Notes: a model not told the origin generated them from the sequence alone. Positions 21,031 through 32,326 are shown, numbered from the stretch's first letter. The stretch is 64,000 nt of DNA from Candidatus Multivorans sp. (GCA_965224025.1 OZ245033.1:1952001-2016000); one strand, 5' to 3'. Translations and numbers: made by a program.

Positions 21031-21251
21031 ATCCGAAAGCACCTGCAAGCGATCGCTGCCTGGGCGCGAACCCGGCAGACCAACGGCTTCCTCGAAGCCC
21101 TCAACGGACTCTTCCAGTCCGCCAAACGCAAGGCCAGAGGCTACAAGCGATTCGACACCATACGCATCGCCTTCTTCCTCATCGCCGGCAAACTCGACTT
21201 CCACACGCTCAACCCGCACACCGCTTGACCCACTCGTAATTCAAAAGAGCC
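21031..21251 (+). mobile_element. ISL3 3' fragment with right IR
   Basis: 221 bp that read identical to 52626-52846, ending ACCCACTCGTAATTCAAAAGAGCC. Confidence 0.95.
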
Positions 21252-22439
21252 ATTGTTATTCTGGTCGGCGACGCGCAGCTCGAAGAACGCTGACGGGCTG
21301 ACGACATAGCCCCAACTCGCCGTCACCATGTCGGCGGGGAGCTGGATGGGGAAGGGGCCAAAGTTGTCGCCGGAGGTGGGGGGGATCGCGAGTACCCTGG
21401 TCGGGCTATCGATTCCCAGCAGCCTCATCTGGTTGCGGTCGTTGGGCTGGAAGTTGAGCTTGACGAGCGCCGGCTCGTTGGTGCGGCCGGCGGCTAAAGG
21501 GGTGCCGGTCGCGGTGATCTTGTCGACGCGATTCTGGTCCAGCTCGGCGTAAGCGGCGAAGAACCATGCCTTGTCGCTGACGATGGGTCCGCCGACGTTG
21601 GCCTCGAAGCTCGAGATGATCGAGTCCGAGCGGGGGATGTCGATATTCTCGTCGGCGGCCCGCCACTCCTGGCTCTGGGGGATGTAGAGAAACTGGCCGT
21701 GGAGAATGTTGGTGCCGCTCTTGACCACCGCGTTGGTGACCCCACCGACCACCCGCCCGTACTCGGTCGAGAAACCGGCGCTTTCCAACTGCACCTCCTG
21801 AAGGGCGCTGGTGGGCAGGAACGTGCGCGCGCTGCCGCCCAAGCGGGAGAAGCTCGAGTCGACGCCGTCGATCATGCCTGCCACTTCGGTGTCCTGGCCG
21901 CCGTTGACCGCCATCTTCTGGTCGCTCTGCCTCCGCGACCTGGCGGAGTGCGTGACGCCAGGCAGTGCGTTGAAGGAAGATTGATATTGGCGCCCACCGA
22001 AGCTCAAGTTCTCCGCCACCGCCGTCTCGAGGCTGGCGGAGGTGCCGACGACGTAGCGGTCGACGAGAGCCGCCCCGGCGGTGACGGTGAGCGTCTCCTC
22101 GGTGACGGCGCCCAGAGTCAGCTCCAGGGTGCGACGGGCGCCGGTCTCTAGACGGGCAGATGTTGCCTCGCTCTCCCCGAGCCCCTCGAGGGCGGCCTTC
22201 ACCGTGTACTCTCCCGCCTCGAGCAGGGCGAACCGGAAGACGCCGTCGTCGCCTGTAATCACGGCCTTCTCGCCGCGGGGACCGGAGAGGGTCACGGTCA
22301 CCCCCGGCAGCGGTTGGCTCTGAGCGTCGAGCACCAGGCCGTCGAGGGTCCCGGTCTGCGGACCGTCGGCCAGAAGTGGCAAGGCGCAGAGGGCGATGAC
22401 GATGCTCCAGATAGAAGACCTAAGGGCGGTGGCGTCCAT
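21252..22439 (-). pseudogene. TonB-dependent receptor (Oar-like), truncated by ISL3
   Basis: Signal peptide, carboxypeptidase-regulatory domain, plug EYGRVVGGVTNAVVKSGTN, GGPIVSDKAWFF; frame runs into the IS. Confidence 0.88.
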
Positions 22440-22608
22440 GATCTCTCCTTCCAGAGTCTTGCGACCCGGTTGAATCGGGATCTCGGGCTCTCTCGAAATT
22501 CTCTACGTCTATATCTTCAGCACGCACTCCCCTCTTGTCCAGGAGACGGGGCAGATTTCTTCGGAGAACCTCTAAAACCTCGCTCGATATACTCGCGGAG
22601 GACCGGCG

Positions 22609-23370
22609 TTGCGTCCGAACAGTCCAGTGAGAGTCTCCGAGCCAGATCGCCGATCGTACTCGTTCGGTGCCTTCCGTCTCGAAGTCGGCGAGAGGCGACT
22701 TCTGCGCGGCGGTCACACCGTTCCACTTCGATCGAGGAGCTTCGACACTCTGCTGGCCCTCGTCGAGAACAGCGGGCGTCTATTGGAGAGAGACGAGCTC
22801 ATGAGGCTCATCTGGCCGGACTCGACGGTCGACGACAGCAACCTCACCCAGAACATATCGGTTCTGCGCAAGATCCTGGGGAAGGAGACCGAGGGCACGC
22901 CCTACATCGTGACGGTTCCCGGCAAGGGATATCGATTCGTAGCGCGGGTCGAGGCAGCGCTGGAGGGCTCGATCGCAGTGCTTCCCATCGCCAATCTGAG
23001 CTCCGACCCGGAGCTCGACTTCTTCTGTGACGGGCTGGCTGAAGAGATCATCGACGCCCTGGCGCAGGTGAAGGGGCTGCGGGTCATTGGCCGAGCCTCG
23101 TCCGCCAACGTCGGGCTCAAGGGGCTGGACGACTCGGAGATCGGGAACAAGCTCGGAGTAGCGACGCTCGTCGAGGGCAGCGTGCGCAAGTCCGAGGGCC
23201 GTTTACGAATCGCCGTCCGGTTGACACGGGCGTCGACCGGCTTCCAGCTTTGGTCGGAGCACTACGATCGAGAGCTGGGCGACGCCTTCGCCATCCATGA
23301 CGACATTGTCACAGCGATCGTCGCGCAGGTTAGGAAGACGATTCTGGGTCCCCGACTCCTTCCCGGTTGA
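22609..23370 (+). CDS. OmpR/CadC-type winged-helix + TolB-like domain regulator (N-terminal half)
   Basis: WPDSTVDDSNLTQNISVLRK, TVPGKGYRF, SIAVLP, VEGSVR. Confidence 0.8.
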   Translation: MRPNSPVRVSEPDRRSYSFGAFRLEVGERRLLRGGHTVPLRSRSFDTLLALVENSGRLLERDELMRLIWPDSTVDDSNLTQNISVLRKILGKETEGTPYIVTVPGKGYRFVARVEAALEGSIAVLPIANLSSDPELDFFCDGLAEEIIDALAQVKGLRVIGRASSANVGLKGLDDSEIGNKLGVATLVEGSVRKSEGRLRIAVRLTRASTGFQLWSEHYDRELGDAFAIHDDIVTAIVAQVRKTILGPRLLPG

Positions 23371-24356
23371 AGAGGCCGACCGAGAATCGGGAGGTCTACC
23401 GGCTCTACCTGGAAGCTCGGTACCAGTTCGCACGTGAGTTCCGCCACCTGGAACGAGCGGTCGAGCTGCTGGAGAGAGCGCTCGAGCTGGAACCGGACTT
23501 TGCCCACGGTCTTGCCTTGCTCGGCCTCGCCCTCACCGATCTGTGTCATTACGGGCTGGCGCCGTTCGAGGACACCCTCCCCAGGGCGGAGGATGCGGTG
23601 AGCCGGGCACTCGAGCTCGACGACTCCCTCCCCGGGGCTCATCGAGCCCTCGGGATCATCCGTTCCACCTTCTACTGGGATTGGCCGGGTGCGCACCGAG
23701 CGATCGAACGCGCGCGGCAGCTCGACCCAGGAGCAGCCAGAGTGCATCTCGCCTACGCCATTTTCTTTCTGGCCCCGGTCGGCCGTCTCGAGGAAGCCGA
23801 GCGAGAGATGAGGATAGCTGTCGATCTCGACCCCCTGGCCCCGCGGTGCAGTCGGGCTCTCGCTCAGGTTCTCTTTTTTTCGCGGCAGTACGATGCGGCC
23901 ATCGGGCAACTCCGCCACACCCTCGAGTTCGAGACCGACTTCCCCGCGACCCGCAACCTGCTCGCCACCGTCTACACCGCCATGGGGCGACCCGATGACG
24001 CGATCCACGAGCGGCAGATCCACCTGCAGAGGCGGGGGCAACCAGAGCAGGCGGAAGAAATGGGTCGGATCTACACCTCGGAAGGAGAGGAAGGCGTCTT
24101 CCGCTGGCTGGCTAAGAAGCAGTTGCTGCGGTTGAAGGCCGGCAAAGCCCATCCCTACGGCCTGGCACTACTCTATGCTTGGCTCGACGAGCGGGAGCCA
24201 GCCCTTGAATGGCTGGAGGAGGCCTTCGCCCGAAAGGGCAGCCTCACTTTGTGGACGAAGGTCCATCCCTGGCTAGACAACCTGCACGGCGAGCACCGCT
24301 TCGAGGCCCTTCTCGACCGCCTGGGGGTCAACCCATCGCAGAATCCCAACCAATGA
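23367..24356 (+). CDS. TPR-repeat protein (C-terminal half of the same regulator architecture)
   Basis: Repeated RALELEP/RALELDD/QLDP TPR motifs, ends HGEHRFEALLDRLG; overlaps the previous ORF by 4 nt. Confidence 0.8.
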   Translation: MKRPTENREVYRLYLEARYQFAREFRHLERAVELLERALELEPDFAHGLALLGLALTDLCHYGLAPFEDTLPRAEDAVSRALELDDSLPGAHRALGIIRSTFYWDWPGAHRAIERARQLDPGAARVHLAYAIFFLAPVGRLEEAEREMRIAVDLDPLAPRCSRALAQVLFFSRQYDAAIGQLRHTLEFETDFPATRNLLATVYTAMGRPDDAIHERQIHLQRRGQPEQAEEMGRIYTSEGEEGVFRWLAKKQLLRLKAGKAHPYGLALLYAWLDEREPALEWLEEAFARKGSLTLWTKVHPWLDNLHGEHRFEALLDRLGVNPSQNPNQ

Positions 24357-25822
24357 ATGCCGGATTACGCGCGATCAGAGTGCTCGGAATCGTTCTCGCG
24401 ACGGTCCTGACCGCGCTGCCGGGATCCGTTCTCGCACAAACAGACGCAGGCGAGCGCCCCCACGTCCTGTTTGTTTCGATCGACGACCTGAACGACTGGG
24501 TCGGTCCCCTGGGCGGCAATACCCAGGTCAAGACGCCGAACATGGACCGGCTCGCGGAACGGGGGATGACATTCACGAACGCCCGCTCGCCCAGCGTCCT
24601 CTGCAACCCATCGCGAACGGCCATGATGACCGGCCTGCTGCCCTCGACCTCGGGCATCTATCAAAACCTGCCCGACTGGCGGATTCAGGAGACGTTTCAG
24701 GACATTCGGACCATCCCGGGACACTTTCAGGATGCCGGTTACACGACCGTCGGCGCGGGCAAGCTCTTTCACAGCTCGACCTTTAGCGCCTGGGCCTATT
24801 CCGGCTACAACGACACCACGGCGTGGGACGCCTACTACCCTTCACCTGAACGGCAGATTCCCGACGAGATCAGGCCCCACGACCGACCGGCCAACGGTAC
24901 GCCCCTCAACCGGAACTTCGACTGGTCCACTGTCGTCGCCGATGACCGGGCCATGGGCGACGGCCAGGTAACCGCCTGGTCCGTTGAACGGATCCTCGCT
25001 CCCGGCGAGGGCCCGCGCTTTCATGCCGTGGGCATCTACCGTCCCCATCTTCCCTGGTATCTGCCCCAGAAGTACTTCGACATGTACCCGCTGGAGGACA
25101 TCGAGCTGCCGAGCGTCCCGGAGAGCGATCTGGACGACATCCCGGACTACATGAAACAGGATTCAGGTGGGGAGTTGGCGTCCATGCAGCTCCATCGGTG
25201 GGTACTCGAGGCCGGTGTCTGGCGGGAAGGCGTGCGCGCGTACCTGGCCAGCGTCAGCTTCGCCGATGCCATGCTGGGACAGGTGCTCGACGCACTCGAG
25301 GAAAGTGGTCGCGCGGAAAACACCATCATCGTCTTGTGGTCCGACCATGGATTTCATCTCGGCGAGAAGTCGCGCTGGCGAAAACAGACCCTCTGGAACG
25401 AGTCGACCCGTGTGCCGATCATCGTCGTCGCGCCTGGCGTGACCGAGGCGGGGACGCGTTCCGCGGCCACCGTTTCACTGATGGACATCTACCCGACCCT
25501 GACCGAGCTGGCCGGGCTCGAGACGCCGGATCACATCGAGGGCGTGAGTCTCGTGCCGTTACTGAAGGACCCGGACGCCGAGTGGAATCGATCCGCCCTG
25601 ACGACCAACGGCTATCGTAATCACGCGCTGACGTACGGTCACTACCGCTACATCCGCTATGCCGATGGCACCGAAGAGCTCTACGATCTCGAGTCCGATC
25701 CCAACGAGTGGATGAATCGGGCTGACGACGCCGAGATGGCGGACATCAAGGCCGATCTCATCGCCCGGTTGCCGAAGTACGACGCGCCGGATGCGCGCGG
25801 CGCCGAGACGCCCGGTAACTAG
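24353..25822 (+). CDS. Sulfatase (iduronate-2-sulfatase-like)
   Basis: Signal peptide, SIDDL, CNPSR, GKLFH, SDHG. Confidence 0.92.
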   Translation: MNAGLRAIRVLGIVLATVLTALPGSVLAQTDAGERPHVLFVSIDDLNDWVGPLGGNTQVKTPNMDRLAERGMTFTNARSPSVLCNPSRTAMMTGLLPSTSGIYQNLPDWRIQETFQDIRTIPGHFQDAGYTTVGAGKLFHSSTFSAWAYSGYNDTTAWDAYYPSPERQIPDEIRPHDRPANGTPLNRNFDWSTVVADDRAMGDGQVTAWSVERILAPGEGPRFHAVGIYRPHLPWYLPQKYFDMYPLEDIELPSVPESDLDDIPDYMKQDSGGELASMQLHRWVLEAGVWREGVRAYLASVSFADAMLGQVLDALEESGRAENTIIVLWSDHGFHLGEKSRWRKQTLWNESTRVPIIVVAPGVTEAGTRSAATVSLMDIYPTLTELAGLETPDHIEGVSLVPLLKDPDAEWNRSALTTNGYRNHALTYGHYRYIRYADGTEELYDLESDPNEWMNRADDAEMADIKADLIARLPKYDAPDARGAETPGN

Positions 25823-25846
25823 ACCAGCGAATGCACGTCCGTCCCG

Positions 25847-26998
25847 TCAGCGTGGCGGGCGATAGGTCTCGACCGGCGGGAGCTGCGAGCCGGACAGGTC
25901 GGCCGGAACGCCCTCCTCGGCCCTGACGGTGTGGGTCAGCGTGCCGATCCCCTCGATGCTGGCGCTGATCGTCTCGCCCGCCTGCAGGTACCCCGAGCCT
26001 GTCGCGCGCTGGACGCGACCGGCGCCGGTTCCGCCGGACGTCCCGCTTTGCAGAACGTCACCAGGGAACACCGTAATGAGCGACGACGCATACTCGATCA
26101 GCTCCGGGATGTTGTGGATCATGTCTCCCGCCCTGGCCTCCTGGACGGTCACGCCGTCGATGACCAGGGTCTGGTGCAGGCGCTCCATCGGGTCGCCGTA
26201 GAACTCCTTCGGAACGATCCAGGGCCCATGGGGCGCGAACGTGTCATGGCCCTTACCGACGAACCAGTCCAGGACGGCGCCGAAGCCACCGGGAGGACGC
26301 CCGCCACGATCGGATATGTCCATGGCGACCATGTAGCCGAACACGTGGTCGTATGCACGGCTCGCGGAGATGTACTTGCCCGCGCGGCCGAAGACGATGG
26401 CCATTTCGACTTCCCATTCGATCCGGTCACGGCCGTGGGGCATCACGATGTCCTCGCCGCTGCCGATGATCGCGCCGCGGGTGGGCTTCAGGAAGAGATA
26501 GGGCACGCCCCGGTTCTCTTGCCGCTCCCTGGTCCGCGCCTTCAGCTCCTCCTCGGTGCAGCCCTCGCACGCGTGTGTGTAGAAGTTGACCGCCGCGTTC
26601 ATCAGCTTGCTCGGATACAGGATCGGCGCAAGGATCCTGACGTCGTCGACGTTGTGGACGTAGGCGGCGCGCGCGCCCTCCGACAGCCGGTTCCCGGCGA
26701 CGAGGTCGTTGACGATCTCGTAGAGCCGGTACTTGAGGCCGTACTCGTACCGGCCGATCAGCTCAAGCATGTCGGCCGGCATGGCGAGGCGGGGGTAGCT
26801 TGAATCCAGCTCCAGCTCGGTGTTCGCCGCGCCGATGTCGACGATCAGCGAATCCCGCAGCACGAGCCCCACGACGGCCTCCCCATCGATCTGGAAGGTG
26901 CCGACTTTGAAGGGTTCGACCGATTCCATGGCCTGGGCCTGGAGCCCGGCCGGAGCCGCGAGTACCACGAGCAGGACAGCGAGAACAGTTGAGCGCAT
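25847..26998 (-). CDS. Fumarylacetoacetate hydrolase family protein with signal peptide
   Basis: EWEVE, DISDR, GKGHDTFAP, GDVLQSGT. Confidence 0.88.
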   Translation of the reverse strand: MRSTVLAVLLVVLAAPAGLQAQAMESVEPFKVGTFQIDGEAVVGLVLRDSLIVDIGAANTELELDSSYPRLAMPADMLELIGRYEYGLKYRLYEIVNDLVAGNRLSEGARAAYVHNVDDVRILAPILYPSKLMNAAVNFYTHACEGCTEEELKARTRERQENRGVPYLFLKPTRGAIIGSGEDIVMPHGRDRIEWEVEMAIVFGRAGKYISASRAYDHVFGYMVAMDISDRGGRPPGGFGAVLDWFVGKGHDTFAPHGPWIVPKEFYGDPMERLHQTLVIDGVTVQEARAGDMIHNIPELIEYASSLITVFPGDVLQSGTSGGTGAGRVQRATGSGYLQAGETISASIEGIGTLTHTVRAEEGVPADLSGSQLPPVETYRPPR

Positions 26999-27160
26999 TC
27001 AGTCCTCCGTGTGAATCGAGTTCAGCGTTCCAGAATGACCGCTCGGAGGGCTGTCGTCAAGACCAATTGTCCTCGCGCCGGGACTCTTCGGTTTCCACCC
27101 CACAACAACGGCGGAAGTGACGGGCGTAGACCGATCCGCTACATTCCGACCGCTCCCACC

Positions 27161-29275
27161 ATGAACCACAGCCAGATCGTCAGCTTCCTCTGGGGCGTCG
27201 CGGACCTGATCCGCGACACCTTCAAGCGCGGCAAGTACCAGGACGTGATCCTGCCGCTGACCGTGCTGCGCCGACTCGACTACGTGCTGGCGCCCACGAA
27301 GGCGGAGGTGCTGGCGACCCAGGCCCGGTACAAGGACGAACTCGGGAATCTGGACGGGCTGCTAAGCCGCGCCTCCGGTTTCGCGTTCTACAACACGTCC
27401 CCTTACGACTTCGGGAAGCTCCTCGCCGATGCGCCCGATCTCGCGAAGAACCTGCGCGCCTACATCGCCGGCTTCAGCCCCAACATGCGCGAGGTGCTGG
27501 AGAAGTTCGACTTCGACAACACGATCTCGAAACTGGACGAATCGGGATTGCTCTTCCAGGTCCTGCAACGGTTCGGCGACCCGAAGGTCAACCTCCACCC
27601 GGACGAGATCGACAACTTCACGATGGGCACGATCTTCGAGGAACTCATCCGGAAGTTCAACGAGGCGCTGAACGAGAACCCCGGCGAGCACTTCACGCCC
27701 CGCGACGTGGTCCATCTCATGGTCGACCTGATGCTGGCGGGCGACGAGGAAGAGCTGCGGACGGAGGGCGTTGCGCGCAGCATCTACGACCCTTGCTGTG
27801 GCTCGGGCGGAATGCTCACGATCGCCAAGGAGCACACGACCCTCGGCGAGATCCGAGACGGCAAGCGCCTGAGCGACCCGGTCAACTCGGACGCTCACAC
27901 GCACCTGTTCGGCCAGGAGGTGAACCCCGAGACCTTCGCCCTCTGCAAGTCGGACCTCTTCATGAAGTCGGAGGACGGCGGCGACGCGAAGAACATCCTG
28001 TTCGGAAGCACCCTCTCGAACGACCGGCACGCCGGAACCGGCTTCGACTACATGATCGCCAATCCGCCCTACGGCAAGGACTGGAAGCGAGACCAGGCCG
28101 CGGTACGGACCGAGCACGACCGGGGCGCCGCCGGCCGCTTCGCGCCAGGCCTGCCGCGGATCAGCGACGGACAACTCCTGTTCCTGCTCCACATGCTCGC
28201 GCACACGAAGGAGCCGGCCGAAGGCGGGTCGCGGATCGCGATCATCATGAACGGCTCGCCCCTCTTCACCGGTGACGCCGGCAGTGGCGAGAGCGAGATC
28301 CGCCGCTTCATCCTCGAAAACGATCTGCTCGAGGCGCTCATCGGGCTCCCCGAACAGCTCTTCTACAACACCGGCATCGCCACCTACGTCTGGGTGCTCA
28401 CCAACCGGAAGCGGCCCGAGCGCCGCGGCAAGGTCCAGCTCATCGACGCCACCTCGTTCTGGGTTCTGCTCCGCAAGAGCCTGGGCGCCAAGCGCCGCGA
28501 GATCCCGTTCGAGCGGAAGGAAGACATCCTGCGGCTGCTCCGGGACTACGAGGACGGCGCCACCCGGACGGTCGTCGAGGATGGCGAGGAGCGCGATGTC
28601 GTCGTCAGCCGCATCTATCCGACGACGCACTTCGGCTTCCGCAAGATCACCGTCGAGCGGCCGCTCCGGCTCGACTTCCAGGCCAGCCCCGAGCGCATCG
28701 CCCGCCTGGACGACCAGCGCGCCTTCGCCAACCTGGCCGTTTCCCGCAAGAGGGACCCCGAAGCCAAGGCCAAGGACGAGCAAGCCGGTAGAGAGAAGCA
28801 GGCAGCGATTCGCGCCCTGCTGGCGACACTGCCCGATCGGCTGTTCCTGGACAGGGCGGCCTTCGAGGTCGAACTGAACCAGGCGGTCCAAGCAGCCGAC
28901 CTGAAACTCACTGCGCCCATCAGGAAGGCCGTGCTCTCCGCTCTGTCCGAGCGCAACGAGAAAGCAGAGATCTGCCGCGACCGTCAGGGCCGCCCCGAGC
29001 CCGATCCGGAACTCCGCGACACCGAGAACGTGCCCCTCTCCGAGAGCATCGACTCGTTCTTCGAGCGCGAAGTGAAGCCCCACGTTCCCGACGCCTGGAT
29101 CGACACGAACCGGCAGGATGACAAGGACGGGAAGGTCGGCATGGTGGGCTACGAGATCAACTTCAACCGCTACTTCTACGTGTATCGCCCGCCCCGCCCC
29201 TTGGAGGAAATCGAGGCCGACATTCAGCGGGTGGAGAAGGAGATCGTGGCGATGTTGGGGGAAGTGACGGGCTGA
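27161..29275 (+). CDS. hsdM: Type I R-M methyltransferase subunit
   Basis: GEHFTPR, DPCCGSGG, NPPY, GYEINFNRYFY. Confidence 0.95.
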   Translation: MNHSQIVSFLWGVADLIRDTFKRGKYQDVILPLTVLRRLDYVLAPTKAEVLATQARYKDELGNLDGLLSRASGFAFYNTSPYDFGKLLADAPDLAKNLRAYIAGFSPNMREVLEKFDFDNTISKLDESGLLFQVLQRFGDPKVNLHPDEIDNFTMGTIFEELIRKFNEALNENPGEHFTPRDVVHLMVDLMLAGDEEELRTEGVARSIYDPCCGSGGMLTIAKEHTTLGEIRDGKRLSDPVNSDAHTHLFGQEVNPETFALCKSDLFMKSEDGGDAKNILFGSTLSNDRHAGTGFDYMIANPPYGKDWKRDQAAVRTEHDRGAAGRFAPGLPRISDGQLLFLLHMLAHTKEPAEGGSRIAIIMNGSPLFTGDAGSGESEIRRFILENDLLEALIGLPEQLFYNTGIATYVWVLTNRKRPERRGKVQLIDATSFWVLLRKSLGAKRREIPFERKEDILRLLRDYEDGATRTVVEDGEERDVVVSRIYPTTHFGFRKITVERPLRLDFQASPERIARLDDQRAFANLAVSRKRDPEAKAKDEQAGREKQAAIRALLATLPDRLFLDRAAFEVELNQAVQAADLKLTAPIRKAVLSALSERNEKAEICRDRQGRPEPDPELRDTENVPLSESIDSFFEREVKPHVPDAWIDTNRQDDKDGKVGMVGYEINFNRYFYVYRPPRPLEEIEADIQRVEKEIVAMLGEVTG

Positions 29276-29314
29276 CGCCAAGCATGGCGCCGGGTGTAGT
29301 CTCTCGCCCAAGCC

Positions 29315-32300
29315 ATGGACTCCATTCCGGAACCCAGCCAGACCGAGGAACGGACGACCTCGCGACACGCCGAACCCGGTGCGCGGTGGTTGCGCTGCGA
29401 TCTGCACGTACACACTCCGTTCGACCAAGAGAAGCGTTTCGGAGAGGACATCCGGGCCGCGATCGAGGCAATGCAGAAGTCCGACGCAACTCGACTCGCC
29501 GCAATCGCCGAGAACTTCGTCGATGCCTGTCGAGCCGCCGACCACGGTCGCGGAATCGACCTCGTCGCCCTCACTGACCACAACAGCATCGAGGGCTACA
29601 GACGGCTCAGGCCACAGTTCCAATCCATCGCTGATCGCGCGCAGGACGAAGGGAAGCCGATGCCGGCCATTCTCCCCGGCGTCGAGTTCAGCGTTGGAGG
29701 CGAGCGCCCACTTCACTTTCTCACCATCTTCGCGTCCGATACTCGTCCCGAAGACATCGAATCCGTGATCCGCTTTGTCTTTGGCGAACGGGAGCGCTTC
29801 GACCCGAAGTTCGGTACGCCCCGCGCCACCGGCGAGTCGGTCCGCACCTTCCTTGAGAGGCTGTACAAGTTCGCGAAGCCCGCGACCGGCGAAAGAAACC
29901 TGAGCTTTGTCCTGCTGCCGGCCCATGCCGACGGCGACCGCGGAGTGGCACGCGAGTCCGGCGCCCACCAGCTTCGCGTCTCCACCAGCCTTTGGGACGA
30001 GATGAAAGGGCACCTCCGGCAGTGGGCCGTGGCACGTACCGAGTGGAACGGCTTCGAAACGGCGCGGCCCTTCGACCGCCTGCCGGACGCGTTCCAGGAC
30101 CTCCTGTGCCGTTGGACCGTCGCGAAGCTGGCCAAGGACTGGGACGGGCTCTCGAAGCCCGAGCGACAGCGCGTGCGGGAGCAGCGTCACTGGCCGATCG
30201 TCGAGTGCTCGGATCCCCACAAGTACGAAGCCATCGGCAGTCGGTTTACGTGGCTCAAAATGGAAGCGCCGGACGTGGAGGGGATCCGTCTGGCGCTACT
30301 TGACCCGGAGTCGCGACTGCGCCGCATGGCGGATGGTCCGCCCGGCCGGAACTACCCTCGCATCGAGCGTTTACATGTGGCAAGCACGGATTTCTTCGAG
30401 GACATTGAAGTCTTCTTCAACCCTTGTCTGACGACGCTCATTGGAGGCCGCGGAACGGGAAAGTCCACCGCCATCGAGTACCTCCGCTATGCCCTGGATC
30501 GCGCGCGCAGAAACGACCTGCACGACGGCGAGGCCTCCGGCGGCCGGGCTCGCATCCAATCCGTGCTGTTGACGAAGAAGGAACGCGACTTCGGTCACAC
30601 CAGAGGAACGCTCTTGCCCGAGCACGAATTGACCGCCGATGTCGTGGTCGCCGAGCGCCGCTACCGGGTCCGCCGTTCGGTCGACGGTCTTGAAGTGACC
30701 CAGGACTGGGACCAGCCGAACGCTCAAGCCGTCCCCATTGAAGTTCGCAGCCTCCTTGCTCCCCGCATCCTCTCCCAGCGTCAGATCGCACGCATCGCTC
30801 GGGATCCTGCCTCGCAGCGCAAAGAACTTGACGCCTTGATCGACTCCACACACCTGAGGGAGCTAGACGACAGACGGCGGTCCCTTGGCGAGTCCCTCGC
30901 CCAGCTCCAAGGCACACGGCGGCACCTCCGGGATCAACGAGTCAAGCGCCCGTCGATCCAGACCGAACTGCAAACGGTACGCGACCAAATCGAGTTTCTC
31001 GAAGACGGGGACCGCAAGGAGATACTCGGTAGATTCGCAGCGTTCGAACGAGAGCGCCGCTGGCTGGAAGACCTGCAAAGCCACATGGGCGCCATCGCCT
31101 CGAAGCTAGCGGAAGAGGCGGAGGCGGTTGGCCAAGACGACTTCGGTCCCGGAGCCCCTCCCGACTCGACGCCGACAACTGTCTGGCTTCGCTCCGTAGC
31201 CGACCGCCTGGCCACTGCTCACAAGTCCCTCGCCACGGCCCTGCAGGCGCAAGTCGCCTCGTTGCAGGCGCTCGCTTCCGACATCCGGCAGGAGCAAACC
31301 CAGGGGTGGAAAGCCCAGTACGACAAAGCCCGAACCGAGTACGAGGCGCTACGCCACGACATGGCTGAGCGACGCGTCGACTTCGCGCAACACGAGAAGC
31401 TGCTGCAGCGCCGAGCCCAACTCGAACGCGAGTTGGCCGCCTTGGACAAGACCGGCCAAGAACTCGAAGAGAACGCCCGCAAGCTACGCGATACGCGTCT
31501 CCAACTTGTCGAGACTCATGAAGCGCGTCTAGCCGCGCGAAGGCAACAGGCGCAGTCACTCCAGGAGATGGACGCCGATGTCCGGCTTGAAGTTCGCTCC
31601 TTCCGCGACCGTGACGACTTCGAGTCGCGGCGCGAGGAGTGGTTTGGCGGCGCGGGACTGCACGAGCGCGACTGGACGGTCCTTTGCGACCACGTCTTCG
31701 CCCGGAGCGGGGAGGTGCCTGACCGGATAGCCACGCTTGCCGAAGCGATCCGTGCCGACCTGGAAGCCACAGCCGCGGTCGGTGGAGTCCTTGATCTGTC
31801 CGACTCCAAGGTCATAGCGTTCGTCGGTCAGTCACTCACCCGGAATTTCCTCAACGCTCTCGCGCGTCCGGAGCGCATTCGCCTCAACGAGATGGAGCGT
31901 TTTCTGCCGGAGGATCTCGTGGAGGCGCGGGTAAGGACCGCCGATGGCTCGTTCAAGACCATCGAGACCGGTTCAGTCGGCGAAAAGAGCACAGCCATTC
32001 TGAGCCTACTGCTATCCGCAGGCGACCAACCCATCATCATCGATCAGCCTGAGGACGACCTCGACAACCAGTACGTCTACAACGTTGTCGTGAACCTCTT
32101 GCGCCGCCGGAAGTTCTCCCGCCAAGTCATTATCGCAACTCACAACGCCAACATTCCAGTCAACGGCGACGCCGAGTCGATCGTTGCGCTCGGGACGGAG
32201 GAACGGTCAGGCGTAGTCCTTGGCGCCGGCAGTATTGACCGTCCCGAGATCAAGGAACTCGTCAGCAAGATCATGGAAGGAAGCGCCGAGGCGTTCCGGC

Positions 32301-32326
32301 TGCGCTCGGAACGCTACGGCTACTGA
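29315..32326 (+). CDS. PHP phosphoesterase + SMC/ABC-type ATPase (TrlF/Ppl-like)
   Basis: DLHVHT, TDHN, GVE, AH, SDPH; Walker A GGRGTGKS, coiled coil, SVGEK, DQPEDDLD, THN. Confidence 0.88.
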   Translation: MDSIPEPSQTEERTTSRHAEPGARWLRCDLHVHTPFDQEKRFGEDIRAAIEAMQKSDATRLAAIAENFVDACRAADHGRGIDLVALTDHNSIEGYRRLRPQFQSIADRAQDEGKPMPAILPGVEFSVGGERPLHFLTIFASDTRPEDIESVIRFVFGERERFDPKFGTPRATGESVRTFLERLYKFAKPATGERNLSFVLLPAHADGDRGVARESGAHQLRVSTSLWDEMKGHLRQWAVARTEWNGFETARPFDRLPDAFQDLLCRWTVAKLAKDWDGLSKPERQRVREQRHWPIVECSDPHKYEAIGSRFTWLKMEAPDVEGIRLALLDPESRLRRMADGPPGRNYPRIERLHVASTDFFEDIEVFFNPCLTTLIGGRGTGKSTAIEYLRYALDRARRNDLHDGEASGGRARIQSVLLTKKERDFGHTRGTLLPEHELTADVVVAERRYRVRRSVDGLEVTQDWDQPNAQAVPIEVRSLLAPRILSQRQIARIARDPASQRKELDALIDSTHLRELDDRRRSLGESLAQLQGTRRHLRDQRVKRPSIQTELQTVRDQIEFLEDGDRKEILGRFAAFERERRWLEDLQSHMGAIASKLAEEAEAVGQDDFGPGAPPDSTPTTVWLRSVADRLATAHKSLATALQAQVASLQALASDIRQEQTQGWKAQYDKARTEYEALRHDMAERRVDFAQHEKLLQRRAQLERELAALDKTGQELEENARKLRDTRLQLVETHEARLAARRQQAQSLQEMDADVRLEVRSFRDRDDFESRREEWFGGAGLHERDWTVLCDHVFARSGEVPDRIATLAEAIRADLEATAAVGGVLDLSDSKVIAFVGQSLTRNFLNALARPERIRLNEMERFLPEDLVEARVRTADGSFKTIETGSVGEKSTAILSLLLSAGDQPIIIDQPEDDLDNQYVYNVVVNLLRRRKFSRQVIIATHNANIPVNGDAESIVALGTEERSGVVLGAGSIDRPEIKELVSKIMEGSAEAFRLRSERYGY

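Noticed and set aside
21141-21251. Shared C-terminus GSFELRVGQAVCG...NRL on the TonB receptor and Mod ORFs as a conserved domain
   Set aside because: It is readthrough into the identical ISL3 right end
27362-30220. 952-aa minus-strand ORF and other long antisense ORFs (e.g. 40832-42661, 55053-56822, 51312-52814)
   Set aside because: Shadow frames of well-supported genes on the opposite strand in high-GC DNA; no recognisable motifs
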